Part shown: piece after piece, positions 43,700 through 53,012 of the stretch
Numbering within the stretch: the stretch's first letter is position 1
Layout: each line of letters opens with the position of its first letter
Source of the DNA: a virus
Lineage: Duplodnaviria > Heunggongvirae > Uroviricota > Caudoviricetes
Virus record (IMG/VR): IMGVR_UViG_3300045960_000077
Coordinates: 47,422-111,421 of that record
Strand: one strand, 5' to 3'
DNA: 64,000 nt
Program-made: the position numbers and the translations under genes
Notes under the pieces: generated by a model
What the model was told of the DNA's origin: nothing
Database searches by the model: none
The model's input: only the letters and a program-made list of their open reading frames with translations

Positions 43700-44197
43700 C
43701 TATACGTTTTTTGACTCTTGCTTTCGATTATGCCTTTTATTCAATTCAATTGTCACATCATCTTCGAAAGTTTTGTTCTTCAGAGTCTCGGTAATAAAAC
43801 CCTTTTTGTTATAGGGACACGAGATCCTCTCACACCGCAAAATACAAGTCGTATCGATCAGAGGTGATCCGCCATTAGGATCAAACGATTCACAATAAAA
43901 TCTAATCACGCCAAGTGTCTTATATTCAGTAGGAAGTTCGACTCCAAACTCGGGATCAAAGCAACCGGCCGGCCTCGTACATTCTCGAGCAAAAACCGCA
44001 TTCTTATATTGAGGGTGTATAAACACTTTCGATGGAAACTGAAAGCACTCAATATAGTTGTCGAGATCATACGGATGAATCTGATCATACTTCGGCCAAC
44101 GACCACGCTTGGGAGTGTTCTTAATCTTCTTCCGCGCTTTATCGATGTTTGCCTCTGTCAATCTGACTCTCGGCTTCTTCGCTTTTCCTCTCGGCAT
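43700..44197 (-). CDS. hypothetical protein, basic N-terminus and Cys-rich C-terminal half
   Basis: 165 aa; a consensus promoter and RBS AGGAGG lie upstream. Confidence 0.45.
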   Translation of the reverse strand: MPRGKAKKPRVRLTEANIDKARKKIKNTPKRGRWPKYDQIHPYDLDNYIECFQFPSKVFIHPQYKNAVFARECTRPAGCFDPEFGVELPTEYKTLGVIRFYCESFDPNGGSPLIDTTCILRCERISCPYNKKGFITETLKNKTFEDDVTIELNKRHNRKQESKNV

Positions 44198-44218
44198 GTG
44201 TTCCTCCTGATTGTATTA

Positions 44219-44254
44219 GAACATTATACCATACTCAGACGGGATTGTAAACAG
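44219..44254 (-). promoter_or_regulatory. sigma70-like promoter (TTTACAATC ... TGGTATAATG)
   Basis: The reverse complement reads CTGTTTACAATCCCGTCTGAGTATGGTATAATGT. Confidence 0.5.
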
Positions 44255-45220
44255 TTAAGATTCGTTTTCCCAAAAAACGCACTGAATAGCGTTCTTATCA
44301 GGTCGAATACATTTGAAGCGAGGATGCCTAAAATATCCCGTCTTTGGAATTCTCGACTGAGCTTCGATTGTAATCACTGTACCCAGTCGAGCTTTCTTAT
44401 TCAGAGAAAAATCAGCTCTTATATCATCAGGCATTCCAGAACATTGGCCGAACTTCTTGAGCTTACCATTCACATACTGTCCGAATACTACTGCCCCGAT
44501 CCAGCCTTGCGCAGCTAGCCGGCTAATAGTTGCCTTGTCATCACCCTTCTTAATCGTTTCAGCGGTAGCCTCTTCGTAGCCCATAACAACGACATCAAAG
44601 GTCGCCTGCGCTTTAACCTTCACCCAGGCTTTCTTATCAGTATAGGGAGCATCGAGCTTTTTGAGGATTACTCCTTCTCCGCCTTTGGCAAAAATATCAT
44701 CGCAGAACTTCTTCTTGTCGCCATGAGCTACTACAGGCTTTCTAAAATGATGATTAATCTGCAGATATTTAAAGAAAATTTCGGTCAGCAAGATCTTACG
44801 TTCTCGATATGAATAATGTTCGATATTCTTTCCCTTATATCTTATAATGTCAAAGACGTAGTACGAAACCCACTTGCCAGCGTTATATTGCCGCTCTACA
44901 GCCTCTTCTGGCAGACAACCCATGATAGTCGAGGTCGACATGCTATCATCACCAAACTTGATCTCACCATCGAGTACAGTTCCGGCCAAGTCGGGCAACA
45001 CAAAATTTGCCAAATGAGGAACGTTGCCGGTTTTCTCGGTGAATCGATTAGTCTTCTTCGAGATTGTCCTAGAATCAAACCGGTTGCCGTCTGCAAAGAT
45101 ATGCATCTTGAATCGTTCACCATCAAGCTTCTCTTCAGCAATATAATCATCATCATTCCACAGCTCTTCTGTGAACTTGCCTCTCGCTACTTGAGGTTCA
45201 ATCTGCTCTAATGGCTGCAT
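44255..45220 (-). CDS. ATP-dependent DNA ligase
   Basis: Adenylation motif I (AEEKLDGERF) and motif EGVILKK; 321 aa (minimal phage-type ligase size). Confidence 0.7.
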   Translation of the reverse strand: MQPLEQIEPQVARGKFTEELWNDDDYIAEEKLDGERFKMHIFADGNRFDSRTISKKTNRFTEKTGNVPHLANFVLPDLAGTVLDGEIKFGDDSMSTSTIMGCLPEEAVERQYNAGKWVSYYVFDIIRYKGKNIEHYSYRERKILLTEIFFKYLQINHHFRKPVVAHGDKKKFCDDIFAKGGEGVILKKLDAPYTDKKAWVKVKAQATFDVVVMGYEEATAETIKKGDDKATISRLAAQGWIGAVVFGQYVNGKLKKFGQCSGMPDDIRADFSLNKKARLGTVITIEAQSRIPKTGYFRHPRFKCIRPDKNAIQCVFWENES

Positions 45221-45242
45221 GCACGCCTCCTGATTAATATAA

Positions 45243-45277
45243 ATCTATTATATCTTATTATCTCTCGATTGTACATC
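45243..45277 (-). promoter_or_regulatory. sigma70-like promoter (TGTACAATC ... AGATATAAT)
   Basis: The reverse complement reads GATGTACAATCGAGAGATAATAAGATATAATAG. Confidence 0.45.
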
Positions 45278-45439
45278 TTTATTTTCATCGGGCCATGCAA
45301 TCTTTATCTTCCGCTCCGGCTTGTAGTAAACAAAATATTTCACAAATGCTATCAGGCAGATAAAAAACAGTGCTGCAATAAGATATTCAAGACCCTTTGT
45401 AGCGTATATGTCAACGCGTGAGAATGCACTATCAATCAT
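45248..45439 (-). CDS. small membrane protein
   Basis: 63 aa with a central hydrophobic helix. Confidence 0.35.
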   Translation of the reverse strand: MIDSAFSRVDIYATKGLEYLIAALFFICLIAFVKYFVYYKPERKIKIAWPDENKDVQSRDNKI

Positions 45440-45516
45440 TTTATTATCTCCTTAAAATAAAAGGTAGCCTTCAGATCACTCCAAAGGCTACCAGTTATTA
45501 CCATCGTGTCCGTTAG

Positions 45517-46149
45517 TTAGCAGTGCAAAAATTCTGTGTTGAATGTTCTAAGAGTTGGCTTATCCATTTTCTCTAGAACTTCGTAGAGATTTTTGTTGAA
45601 CTGGCCGCCGTCCGCCATTGTTATGCCCATTCCTTTAAATGGATTCATGTAAGAAGCCACAAAGTCTCTAAGGCGTTCGTATTCAAGAGCGAGCCAGCCT
45701 TCAGATCCGACATAGTTTGTCATCGCTAGAAGGTTCGCTTTAATTCTAGTTGGTCTAATGGTTATCATATGATCGGTCTCATATTTAATACCATCAGATG
45801 GGGAGAGGTTAGAATCAACCACTACGCCGTCAATTGGAGAAGGGATATGAAGCTGCTTCCCTTTACTTACAATTGTAAGAATAGGCTGTCCCTGTCTAAA
45901 CACTCTACCTTTAGATGGAACAATGATCTCATCAAATTGACCTACGAGATCTCTTAAAAATCTGTCTATTCCAATTTTGGCAATACCAGTTGGTTGAAAG
46001 TTAACCCACGAATGACCTGGATGGAAGTATAAGCTAGATGTCAATCCGCCAGAAGCTAAGCTCTTAGCTGTCGCCTTCTGATGCTGACGCATTTGGATCG
46101 CTACAACCGCAAACACAACCAACGTTAGCAGAACAAGCAAGAGTACCAT
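45517..46149 (-). CDS. hypothetical protein with N-terminal membrane anchor
   Basis: N-terminal hydrophobic MVLLLVLLTLVVFAVVAI; 210 aa. Confidence 0.45.
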   Translation of the reverse strand: MVLLLVLLTLVVFAVVAIQMRQHQKATAKSLASGGLTSSLYFHPGHSWVNFQPTGIAKIGIDRFLRDLVGQFDEIIVPSKGRVFRQGQPILTIVSKGKQLHIPSPIDGVVVDSNLSPSDGIKYETDHMITIRPTRIKANLLAMTNYVGSEGWLALEYERLRDFVASYMNPFKGMGITMADGGQFNKNLYEVLEKMDKPTLRTFNTEFLHC

Positions 46150-46447
46150 GTGACTCTCCTTCTTCCACGGGCTTGGATGTTAAGGTTGGGGAATCTAGTT
46201 CCCGGAACGATGGACACTCTCTGTGATGTTCGCCCGTACAAATCGAACCAGAGGCTAGACTCTCGTCGAACGGAATTAATACTGTCGGATGAGCCTTACA
46301 GAATAACATCTTCTTGACCCCGAGAAAAGGACAATTTAACTCACCCATAGCACCTCCCATTTTATAAATTAACACATTTAAATGTTTTATTATGAAATAA
46401 ATTATTGTTTTATAAAATCGGCACCTGGTAAAAAGTATTTCTTGCAC
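46064..46447 (-). CDS. hypothetical Cys-rich protein (overlaps the previous gene's 5' end; boundaries uncertain)
   Basis: 127-aa ORF overlapping 45517..46149 by 86 nt. Confidence 0.25.
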   Translation of the reverse strand: MQEILFTRCRFYKTIIYFIIKHLNVLIYKMGGAMGELNCPFLGVKKMLFCKAHPTVLIPFDESLASGSICTGEHHRECPSFRELDSPTLTSKPVEEGESHGTLACSANVGCVCGCSDPNASASEGDS

Positions 46448-46584
46448 TTATAGCAAGTTGCTTCCCATACAGATTTTTTCTCTGTGAAAAAAGAATTTTC
46501 AGGAATATGCTTATTGCACAGTGTCTGTGTATTGCACTGGTATGTTACAATATGCACAATTTCATCTATTTTAACTGTTTTCAA
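46402..46584 (-). CDS. small Cys-rich protein
   Basis: 60-aa ORF. Confidence 0.3.
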   Translation of the reverse strand: MKTVKIDEIVHIVTYQCNTQTLCNKHIPENSFFTEKKSVWEATCYKCKKYFLPGADFIKQ

Positions 46585-46829
46585 TAGACGTCACCATTTT
46601 CTTTAATTTTCTCATCTTCATAGGGAGCTGCTAAACGTCGATAAAATTCGAGCTTTGCACATTCGAGAACGCCAATGACGTCATTTATAGCAGTATATGT
46701 TTTCCCATGCTGCTCAATCCACAATAGACAAAGCTCAGTGATTATATAGTTTAGTTCTCCAACGGCTTCCGGTAACACATCGGGCGTTTGATACAATCGC
46801 CATCTTTGATCATCTTTAATATATGGCAT
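46581..46829 (-). CDS. hypothetical protein
   Basis: 82-aa ORF immediately downstream of the rSAM gene. Confidence 0.4.
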   Translation of the reverse strand: MPYIKDDQRWRLYQTPDVLPEAVGELNYIITELCLLWIEQHGKTYTAINDVIGVLECAKLEFYRRLAAPYEDEKIKENGDVY

Positions 46830-46830
46830 G

Positions 46831-48168
46831 CTAGTTCCTCACAATCACGTTGGCCATGTGGCCTTTGTTGTAGAACATCTCGATAATCTGTAATTCATAC
46901 TTGCCCATGATTTCAAATAATCGTTCCTGCGGGACCGTGTCTTCATTCAGATAGATGCTGTTATTCTTTCTACGAACATCGCACCATTTTTCGAATGAGG
47001 GTTCGTTAGATGTCCTATATGATGCAAAGATACCGAGACGATCCCAATTAAAGTTGTTCAAGTCTATTATACCACTTTTTACAGCGTCACTCCACACAGC
47101 TGTCCCAGGAAGAGGAGTTAAAATATTCACAGAAGACCAGGGATCAAGTTTCTCGTCTTTCATGTTCTTTATCATGAATTCGTATGTTGTAATAAGCTCT
47201 TCCTCTGTTTCAGTAGGCCAACCAACAATGAATGAGCAAACCGCCTTGATACCGTTTGCCTTTAGAACATCTAATGCTTTTTGATTCTGTGCAGCAGTGA
47301 CATTTTTACCCATCAATTGCAGCACTCTATCTGAAGCCGATTCTGCACCGAAATGGACCTCCTGAATGGGAAAGCCATCTTTCAACATGTCACAAAAATC
47401 TTGCGTGATCAGATTAGCTCTAGCGTTAATCGACGAATGAAACTTATCATTTAGTTTTCTATCTTTTAACTTCTGAGTTATTTCAATGAACCGCTGTTTA
47501 TGTGCTACAAACAAATCGTCTTGAATCGGGATTGCTGTAGCACCACAATTTACCAGATATTCCATTTCATTGACAACATAATTAGCGCTATGAAACCGAG
47601 TTGTCTTCCAAAACGCAGAGCTACTGCAGAACCTGCATTTGTATGGACATCCTCTTGATGTCATGAGATGCGGCACAAACGCTGGTTCCCTAAAAGGGAA
47701 TGGAATCTGATCAATTGGATCGATGAACGCCCTTGGATTATTCCTCATCGTACTAGAATAATGATGCACAAGACCGTCAATTTTCAAAAGATCTTCTACA
47801 CTTCCACTTTTCATCACATGCTTGACAAACTCAACTAACGTCTGTTCACCCTCACCAATGCACCCAAAATCAAACTCTGATGTAAGAGTATTCGGCAAAG
47901 CCGTTATATGTGATCCGCCAAGAATTGTGATAATCTTTGGCTTTTTAGTTTTAACATGCCGGGCAATGTTCCGGGCGAAGTTATAATCCTGCGTCGTGCA
48001 TGAAATAGCAGCAATATCATATTCATGAAGTTTATCAACGCCCACTCTATCAAACACAACAGAATCGCCAAGGTGTTTATGCATATATGATTTCAAATAA
48101 CCGAAAGCTAGTGAAGGCCACCAATGAACGTCAATTGGGTTTGTGGCTTGAATAAATCCTACTCTCAC
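46831..48168 (-). CDS. B12-binding domain radical SAM enzyme (paralog of 36193..37485)
   Basis: CPYKCRFCSS radical SAM motif; collinear similarity to the other rSAM across its length; 445 aa. Confidence 0.75.
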   Translation of the reverse strand: MRVGFIQATNPIDVHWWPSLAFGYLKSYMHKHLGDSVVFDRVGVDKLHEYDIAAISCTTQDYNFARNIARHVKTKKPKIITILGGSHITALPNTLTSEFDFGCIGEGEQTLVEFVKHVMKSGSVEDLLKIDGLVHHYSSTMRNNPRAFIDPIDQIPFPFREPAFVPHLMTSRGCPYKCRFCSSSAFWKTTRFHSANYVVNEMEYLVNCGATAIPIQDDLFVAHKQRFIEITQKLKDRKLNDKFHSSINARANLITQDFCDMLKDGFPIQEVHFGAESASDRVLQLMGKNVTAAQNQKALDVLKANGIKAVCSFIVGWPTETEEELITTYEFMIKNMKDEKLDPWSSVNILTPLPGTAVWSDAVKSGIIDLNNFNWDRLGIFASYRTSNEPSFEKWCDVRRKNNSIYLNEDTVPQERLFEIMGKYELQIIEMFYNKGHMANVIVRN

Positions 48169-48659
48169 TATACCACCCGTGCCAATTGTTTACCTGCAAC
48201 ATTGCACAACCAATCGGCGGCTTCAATGTGAGTACGACACATCTTATGGCTATGCGCTTTAGCCCAAATTGATGGAAAATCGCAATCAGAAAAACAGATA
48301 ATCATCTTGCCCGTTGACCACCCAATGTATTGCTCCATCGGTGTTCCCCACCCTGGATTAGTAGCATTGACAATAAGAACATCTGATTTGGCGATTTCCA
48401 TCTTATCCATTTGAACAACAAAAGGACCTTCTGCTTCAAGCTCGCCACCCTTTTCAAGCCATCGATTACAAGGATTGAGAATGTTGAAAAAATATCCTTT
48501 AGTCAAAGACTTTGCATTTGGAGTATCATTCCATCTAGGAATAGGAATTGGTTTAGTATGATTATTCAAAAAATCTATAACTTCGTCTCTCCATCCCTTG
48601 GCTTGTTCTTTACCCAGATACATTGGACCCGATAGATATACAGTAATTATTTTAGACAT
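48168..48659 (-). CDS. nucleoside 2-deoxyribosyltransferase-like (NDT/DNPH1-fold) protein
   Basis: VYLSGPMY (compare the NDT YLAGP motif) and NPGWGTPMEQYIGWS (compare DSGTAFEIGYA, which carries the catalytic Glu). Start/stop overlap with the rSAM gene. Confidence 0.55.
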   Translation of the reverse strand: MSKIITVYLSGPMYLGKEQAKGWRDEVIDFLNNHTKPIPIPRWNDTPNAKSLTKGYFFNILNPCNRWLEKGGELEAEGPFVVQMDKMEIAKSDVLIVNATNPGWGTPMEQYIGWSTGKMIICFSDCDFPSIWAKAHSHKMCRTHIEAADWLCNVAGKQLARVV

Positions 48660-48885
48660 GCTTTTTGTTTCTCCTGAAGATTTTCATTTCCCTTATTTCA
48701 TCCATAAGTCTATTATACCACGGTTTATCGGTATAGAGAGCCGGATCATTAAATCGATGGCTATCCTTCACTGTCCCGTAATAGTTAGAAAAGAGTGTGA
48801 TATCGACATTAGATTCTTTAGGAAGTGGACAATCACGGAGAGTTCTATAAGCGCATACAGATTTTTCTTGACTACTTTTAATCAT
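48652..48885 (-). CDS. hypothetical protein
   Basis: 77-aa ORF. Confidence 0.35.
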   Translation of the reverse strand: MIKSSQEKSVCAYRTLRDCPLPKESNVDITLFSNYYGTVKDSHRFNDPALYTDKPWYNRLMDEIREMKIFRRNKKHV

Positions 48886-48896
48886 GCGACCTCCAA

Positions 48897-49196
48897 TTAG
48901 TGAGTTGTATCCTTTATTTCTAGATCTTCTGGGCTGTGTCCATCAGCAAGGAAACGTCCCATCCAAAACGCATTAGGATCGCCAATTTTAAAAACCTGAT
49001 CTTTTGTCATAGCAATTCCATTATCTAGATCAAACCACAATAATATATCGCTTTTCATTCTACCATCAACAAATCCCTTGATAACTGGAGCTGCCGATGT
49101 CATGGTCTCATCAAGAAAGACATGATCAATTCTCCAATTATCTATCAGTACTGGTTCTTGTTTCATTTCTTCGGATTTCCTTTGCATAGATAACAC
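48897..49196 (-). CDS. hypothetical protein
   Basis: 99-aa ORF. Confidence 0.4.
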   Translation of the reverse strand: MLSMQRKSEEMKQEPVLIDNWRIDHVFLDETMTSAAPVIKGFVDGRMKSDILLWFDLDNGIAMTKDQVFKIGDPNAFWMGRFLADGHSPEDLEIKDTTH

Positions 49197-49465
49197 GATC
49201 CATTCCCTTTCGTGACATTAACACACGTCATACAAATTAATGGATACTCAGAATGTAAAGCAACTTCATCTTCTGTTATTCTATGAAATTGACGATAATT
49301 CTTATCTTTCAATACAATCTTATTAGTTAGATCCAAAACCATGTCTGCTCTGTCGAACATTATCTGTGAAGGGAATCCCCGTTTGTGAGGAGCTTTGATT
49401 CTAAATTTTGGACCATCTGGATAATCAATTATAACGCTATAAATAATAGGCGACTCATCAGTCAT
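49163..49465 (-). CDS. hypothetical protein
   Basis: 100-aa ORF. Confidence 0.4.
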   Translation of the reverse strand: MTDESPIIYSVIIDYPDGPKFRIKAPHKRGFPSQIMFDRADMVLDLTNKIVLKDKNYRQFHRITEDEVALHSEYPLICMTCVNVTKGNGSCYLCKGNPKK

Positions 49466-49475
49466 CTACGTCACC

Positions 49476-49886
49476 TCAGTCTAGTTTTTGTTGTTTCTCT
49501 TTTAACTTTTGAATCTCAAATTCTGTCTGACGTTTTTGAGTTTCTAGTTCAATCCTCTCTTTCGGTGATATATTCTCTTTCAATCTAAGTTCAATCTTAA
49601 TGAGAAGATCTTGCTTACGATCAACAGCTCTATCCAGCTGATCATATTGAAATGCTTTGCCTAATACTGCAACTTGATTTTCTACATCTGCTATCTTAGA
49701 TTTCACGACCTGATCTTTTGCATATCTGGCATCTGCATTAGAGATAAAACCCCAGATCATCCCTCCAAGAACTAAAAACCCGATGATACCAGAAACAATC
49801 TTAGTTGTCTTACTAAACCACGGTTCTTTTTTTGAGTCGCTTTTTGATGTTCTTTTCACTCTTTGCTTCACCATATAATACTCCAA
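49476..49886 (-). CDS. membrane-anchored coiled-coil protein
   Basis: TM segment IVSGIIGFLVLGGMIWGFI followed by a Lys/Glu-rich coiled coil. Confidence 0.4.
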   Translation of the reverse strand: MEYYMVKQRVKRTSKSDSKKEPWFSKTTKIVSGIIGFLVLGGMIWGFISNADARYAKDQVVKSKIADVENQVAVLGKAFQYDQLDRAVDRKQDLLIKIELRLKENISPKERIELETQKRQTEFEIQKLKEKQQKLD

Positions 49887-50067
49887 ATTCTAGCCACAGT
49901 CGCTGTCGCACTGCATCATAATATGAGTCATCAAATGTCTTATATTCGCTTTTCTCTGGAAATAATACTGTATATGCTTGAATAGCGTTTTCGACAAATT
50001 TATCATAAATGTCGTGTGACAGATTTATGAAAATGCGATCTGTCTGTAATCTAGTTAATTTTTTCAT
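49813..50067 (-). CDS. hypothetical protein
   Basis: 84-aa ORF. Confidence 0.35.
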   Translation of the reverse strand: MKKLTRLQTDRIFINLSHDIYDKFVENAIQAYTVLFPEKSEYKTFDDSYYDAVRQRLWLEFGVLYGEAKSEKNIKKRLKKRTVV

Positions 50068-50092
50068 CTCAACCTCTAGATACTAAATTAAC

Positions 50093-50317
50093 TCAGTTAA
50101 GGAATTTCTTTGATGTGTTTTCAAGTGCAGAATCGATTAGAGACTGCATATACGTTTTAATATCAAAATCTTCTTGTCTATGAATAGCATCTAAAACACG
50201 GCTCCAAGCTGTTTCTATGTATCCATCGACTTTAACATGATGGTCGGCAAGATCTGTTTCATCAGCCCTAGTAGCGAGAATGAATTCACAGAACTCTATG
50301 AGCTTAGAATATTTCAT
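50093..50317 (-). CDS. hypothetical protein
   Basis: 74-aa ORF. Confidence 0.35.
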   Translation of the reverse strand: MKYSKLIEFCEFILATRADETDLADHHVKVDGYIETAWSRVLDAIHRQEDFDIKTYMQSLIDSALENTSKKFLN

Positions 50318-51216
50318 TACTTGTTAAGATTCATGTTGCCCACGATTGGAACACCCATCGGGCCAACCGGAAGATAAATAGTTGAGTGATTAGGCGATCC
50401 GACCATAGCCTTCTGAGCTTCAATTGCTTCATGCTGGAGGTACTGATTTGTGAGCTTAGCCTGAATGATTTCCATAGCTTTAGCAATACCTTCTGCTTCA
50501 ACAATGCGCTTTTCCTTCTTCTTCTTTTCAATCTCAATCTCTGTATTGTATCGTTCGAGGTCCTGAGTTGTCTTCATTTTAAGAGCAACAGCCTCAGCAA
50601 CCTGAGAAGGATACTGAATATTGCCTACGACAACCGACATAATCTGGAATGGCGAACCTTCAGCGTACTTGATTACACGCGCTTGGATATTGTGACTAAT
50701 TTCATCAATCTTATCCTTGATTGTCAAACCATCATACTTCTGGATTTCAGACCGAGCAAATGTACGGACGTTTTCCTTCAAGAAATCCATATACGCTGCA
50801 TTCAACAGCGGAGTCTCACCCTTATGATCATTAATCGTCGAATATTTTTCAAAGAACTCTCGAGCTTGTGCTTTGTTCAGCTTCCACACAACATGCACCT
50901 GAAATGCCACCTGCATGTTATCCTTTGAAAGGACTGCAGTCTCTCCAGTAAACGATTCTGCAATAGAATATGGTGTAATTGATACGTTACGAACGTGTAG
51001 GAGCCACCCTCTACCAGGCGACGTGGGTCCATCCTGGAGTCCTACAAAGGTTGTCTGTCCGAATACTGCACCACGAGTCAGATAACCAACATAGCCTGCC
51101 TCCGTCTTTGGATTGCTAGATCCAAGAAACCATACAAATGCAAAAATAACAAATAACGCTCCTGCCACTGATGCTACAAAAGCCGCTGGAAATTTAATCG
51201 GTTCCTGATTCGACAT
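50317..51216 (-). CDS. SPFH/band-7 (stomatin/prohibitin-like) membrane protein
   Basis: N-terminal TM segment, an SPFH-like core (VLSKDNMQVAFQVHVVWKLN) and a C-terminal coiled coil. Confidence 0.6.
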   Translation of the reverse strand: MSNQEPIKFPAAFVASVAGALFVIFAFVWFLGSSNPKTEAGYVGYLTRGAVFGQTTFVGLQDGPTSPGRGWLLHVRNVSITPYSIAESFTGETAVLSKDNMQVAFQVHVVWKLNKAQAREFFEKYSTINDHKGETPLLNAAYMDFLKENVRTFARSEIQKYDGLTIKDKIDEISHNIQARVIKYAEGSPFQIMSVVVGNIQYPSQVAEAVALKMKTTQDLERYNTEIEIEKKKKEKRIVEAEGIAKAMEIIQAKLTNQYLQHEAIEAQKAMVGSPNHSTIYLPVGPMGVPIVGNMNLNK

Positions 51217-51586
51217 GCGTTGTCTCCTTTTTCTTAAAGAATTGTTTCAGGTCTTTGACTCCCTGCTTTACGAACCGCCTTATTGATAGACGAGGTTGAA
51301 TGACTTTAATTTCTGAATGAGCGCCTTGATATAGCCGCGCCTGATTTTCGGCGAATGATACTATCCCAGCAATGTGATTTTCATTATCAAAGCCACGAGA
51401 TCCCTGGTATCCTGAAACACCTGAATGGCCTGAGACCCCAGAATGACCAACATAGTGATACACGCCACCACTATCTCGAATGAGCTCTCCTTCTTTCTTG
51501 GCATTCTCTAAACGTTGTAGAACCTCTGTCGAAGTATAAACACGACCACTACGAGGTTGCTGCGCTCCTAATCCGTCATCCATCAC
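51194..51586 (-). CDS. hypothetical protein with GVSGHSGVSGYQGSRG repeats
   Basis: 130-aa ORF; GC content begins to rise here. Confidence 0.4.
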   Translation of the reverse strand: MMDDGLGAQQPRSGRVYTSTEVLQRLENAKKEGELIRDSGGVYHYVGHSGVSGHSGVSGYQGSRGFDNENHIAGIVSFAENQARLYQGAHSEIKVIQPRLSIRRFVKQGVKDLKQFFKKKETTHVESGTD

Positions 51587-51728
51587 TTAGCTCCAGGTGT
51601 ATATACCACAGAAGATTTAGACGTCGGCTCATCAAAATATTTAGCAATTGACGGAATCATGATCGCCGTCAAGATAAAAATAATCGCAACAACGATTAAA
51701 AGTTCCATTAATGTAAAGCCTTTATTTT

Positions 51729-52007
51729 TCATGCTTTTCTCCTGTTCGCGTTGTCCTCAATCACTTTTTGCCAACCAACTACAGGTTTAGTCTTCTTGGG
51801 AGTTGGCGGAGGATTTATCGCGGCGGCTATATGCTCACGTCCCACCCAATGTGGATCACTTTCAGCCACCTTCGCGCACCTCTCCCTCTCGTCTGTACGG
51901 ACGGCGCGGATGAGGGCACGGATCGCCTCTAATATTTTTACGTCGTCGCTGGTTCCAATTCCAGGCGGGAATACCAACTTCCTCAGTTCCTTCTCTTCTT
52001 TCAGCAT
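51729..52007 (-). CDS. hypothetical protein
   Basis: 92-aa ORF. Confidence 0.35.
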   Translation of the reverse strand: MLKEEKELRKLVFPPGIGTSDDVKILEAIRALIRAVRTDERERCAKVAESDPHWVGREHIAAAINPPPTPKKTKPVVGWQKVIEDNANRRKA

Positions 52008-52028
52008 CTCATCCTCCCGTGAAGAATC

Positions 52029-52358
52029 TTATTTAACATCTAACCATTCCCACCCGTCAGGAAGCGGTTTTGAAGGATCTCTATACTGTCCCCATGCAGC
52101 ATGACGAGGCCGGGAGTATCTCCAGCCCAGGCGCCTCGCCGCGTTTTCGTGGCATCTTCCAGGGCGCCAGGGTGTCCAAACAGACCTTCTTCCTACCATT
52201 TCATCTTCTAACTTCTTAGAACATTTCGCACATAGAAGCTCTGGTTCAGGAGGGTCTACATCATTGCTGCTTCCGAAATTAGTGAATTCATCGAAGTCCG
52301 CATATGAGAAGAACTTCCCACAGTGACTACATCTATTGCATCCGCGCCAGCTCATCAT
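52029..52358 (-). CDS. zinc-finger protein
   Basis: CNRCSHCGKF ... CAKCSKK cysteine pairs; 109 aa. Confidence 0.4.
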   Translation of the reverse strand: MMSWRGCNRCSHCGKFFSYADFDEFTNFGSSNDVDPPEPELLCAKCSKKLEDEMVGRRSVWTPWRPGRCHENAARRLGWRYSRPRHAAWGQYRDPSKPLPDGWEWLDVK

Positions 52359-52364
52359 AACTCC

Positions 52365-52556
52365 TTATAGTGTCGATCGCACTCTAAGAATGTCACTGAT
52401 TTTATTGAAAGCCACATCTCTAGAAGCACTACCGAAGAGACGCGTGAGATCTCCAGAATTGTATTCTCTAATCACTTCCTCAATTTTCTCTAATTTCTTC
52501 AGGCGGTCAACAGACCATTCGATAATCTCGATTGCTTCTTCATTCGGTATGTTCAT
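52365..52556 (-). CDS. hypothetical protein
   Basis: 63-aa ORF. Confidence 0.3.
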   Translation of the reverse strand: MNIPNEEAIEIIEWSVDRLKKLEKIEEVIREYNSGDLTRLFGSASRDVAFNKISDILRVRSTL

Positions 52557-52670
52557 TATTTCTTCCTTTTCATTATCGATATGATGTATGACAACTGCAG
52601 TGAGATCACTACAAGAAGCACCATTATTCCAAAAGTATAGTAGATCATCGCATTCGCAATTTCAATCATT

Positions 52671-53012
52671 TTACACCTTCGCCCGTCTGCGTAGTTCGTC
52701 AACTCGATCCCTCGGTGCCCACGTTAATGCTAATTCGAACGCTTCCTTCATACGGGCGTTGTCGGCTTCAAGTTTAATTGTAACATTGTGTTCACTTATC
52801 CCGTAGTCCATCCACTTCTCCACTTCGGCGTGGAGGGCTTTCAGTTCTTCATCAACTGCCATCGCGTTATTTCTTGCGCGTTCCTCCTGCCACTCATGGT
52901 CGCTACGCAACCTCTCCACCTCGGCGCGGAGGGCGGCGCATCCGTGGCAATACCACTCGCACGATGGGTCGTGACCCTCGGACATTGTTCTCCAGCATTC
53001 GCAAGCCATCAC
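52671..53012 (-). CDS. hypothetical protein (CxC...C..C N-terminus, coiled-coil)
   Basis: 113-aa ORF. Confidence 0.4.
   Translation of the reverse strand: MMACECWRTMSEGHDPSCEWYCHGCAALRAEVERLRSDHEWQEERARNNAMAVDEELKALHAEVEKWMDYGISEHNVTIKLEADNARMKEAFELALTWAPRDRVDELRRRAKV

Noticed and set aside
28500-43700. Orientation ambiguity of the tRNA genes, since the T-loop core TTCGAA is palindromic and also appears on the + strand
   Set aside because: Acceptor stems, D-arms (for example GCTCAGTGGTAGAGC) and anticodon arms with U33 only parse on the minus strand. No + strand tRNA folds were found.
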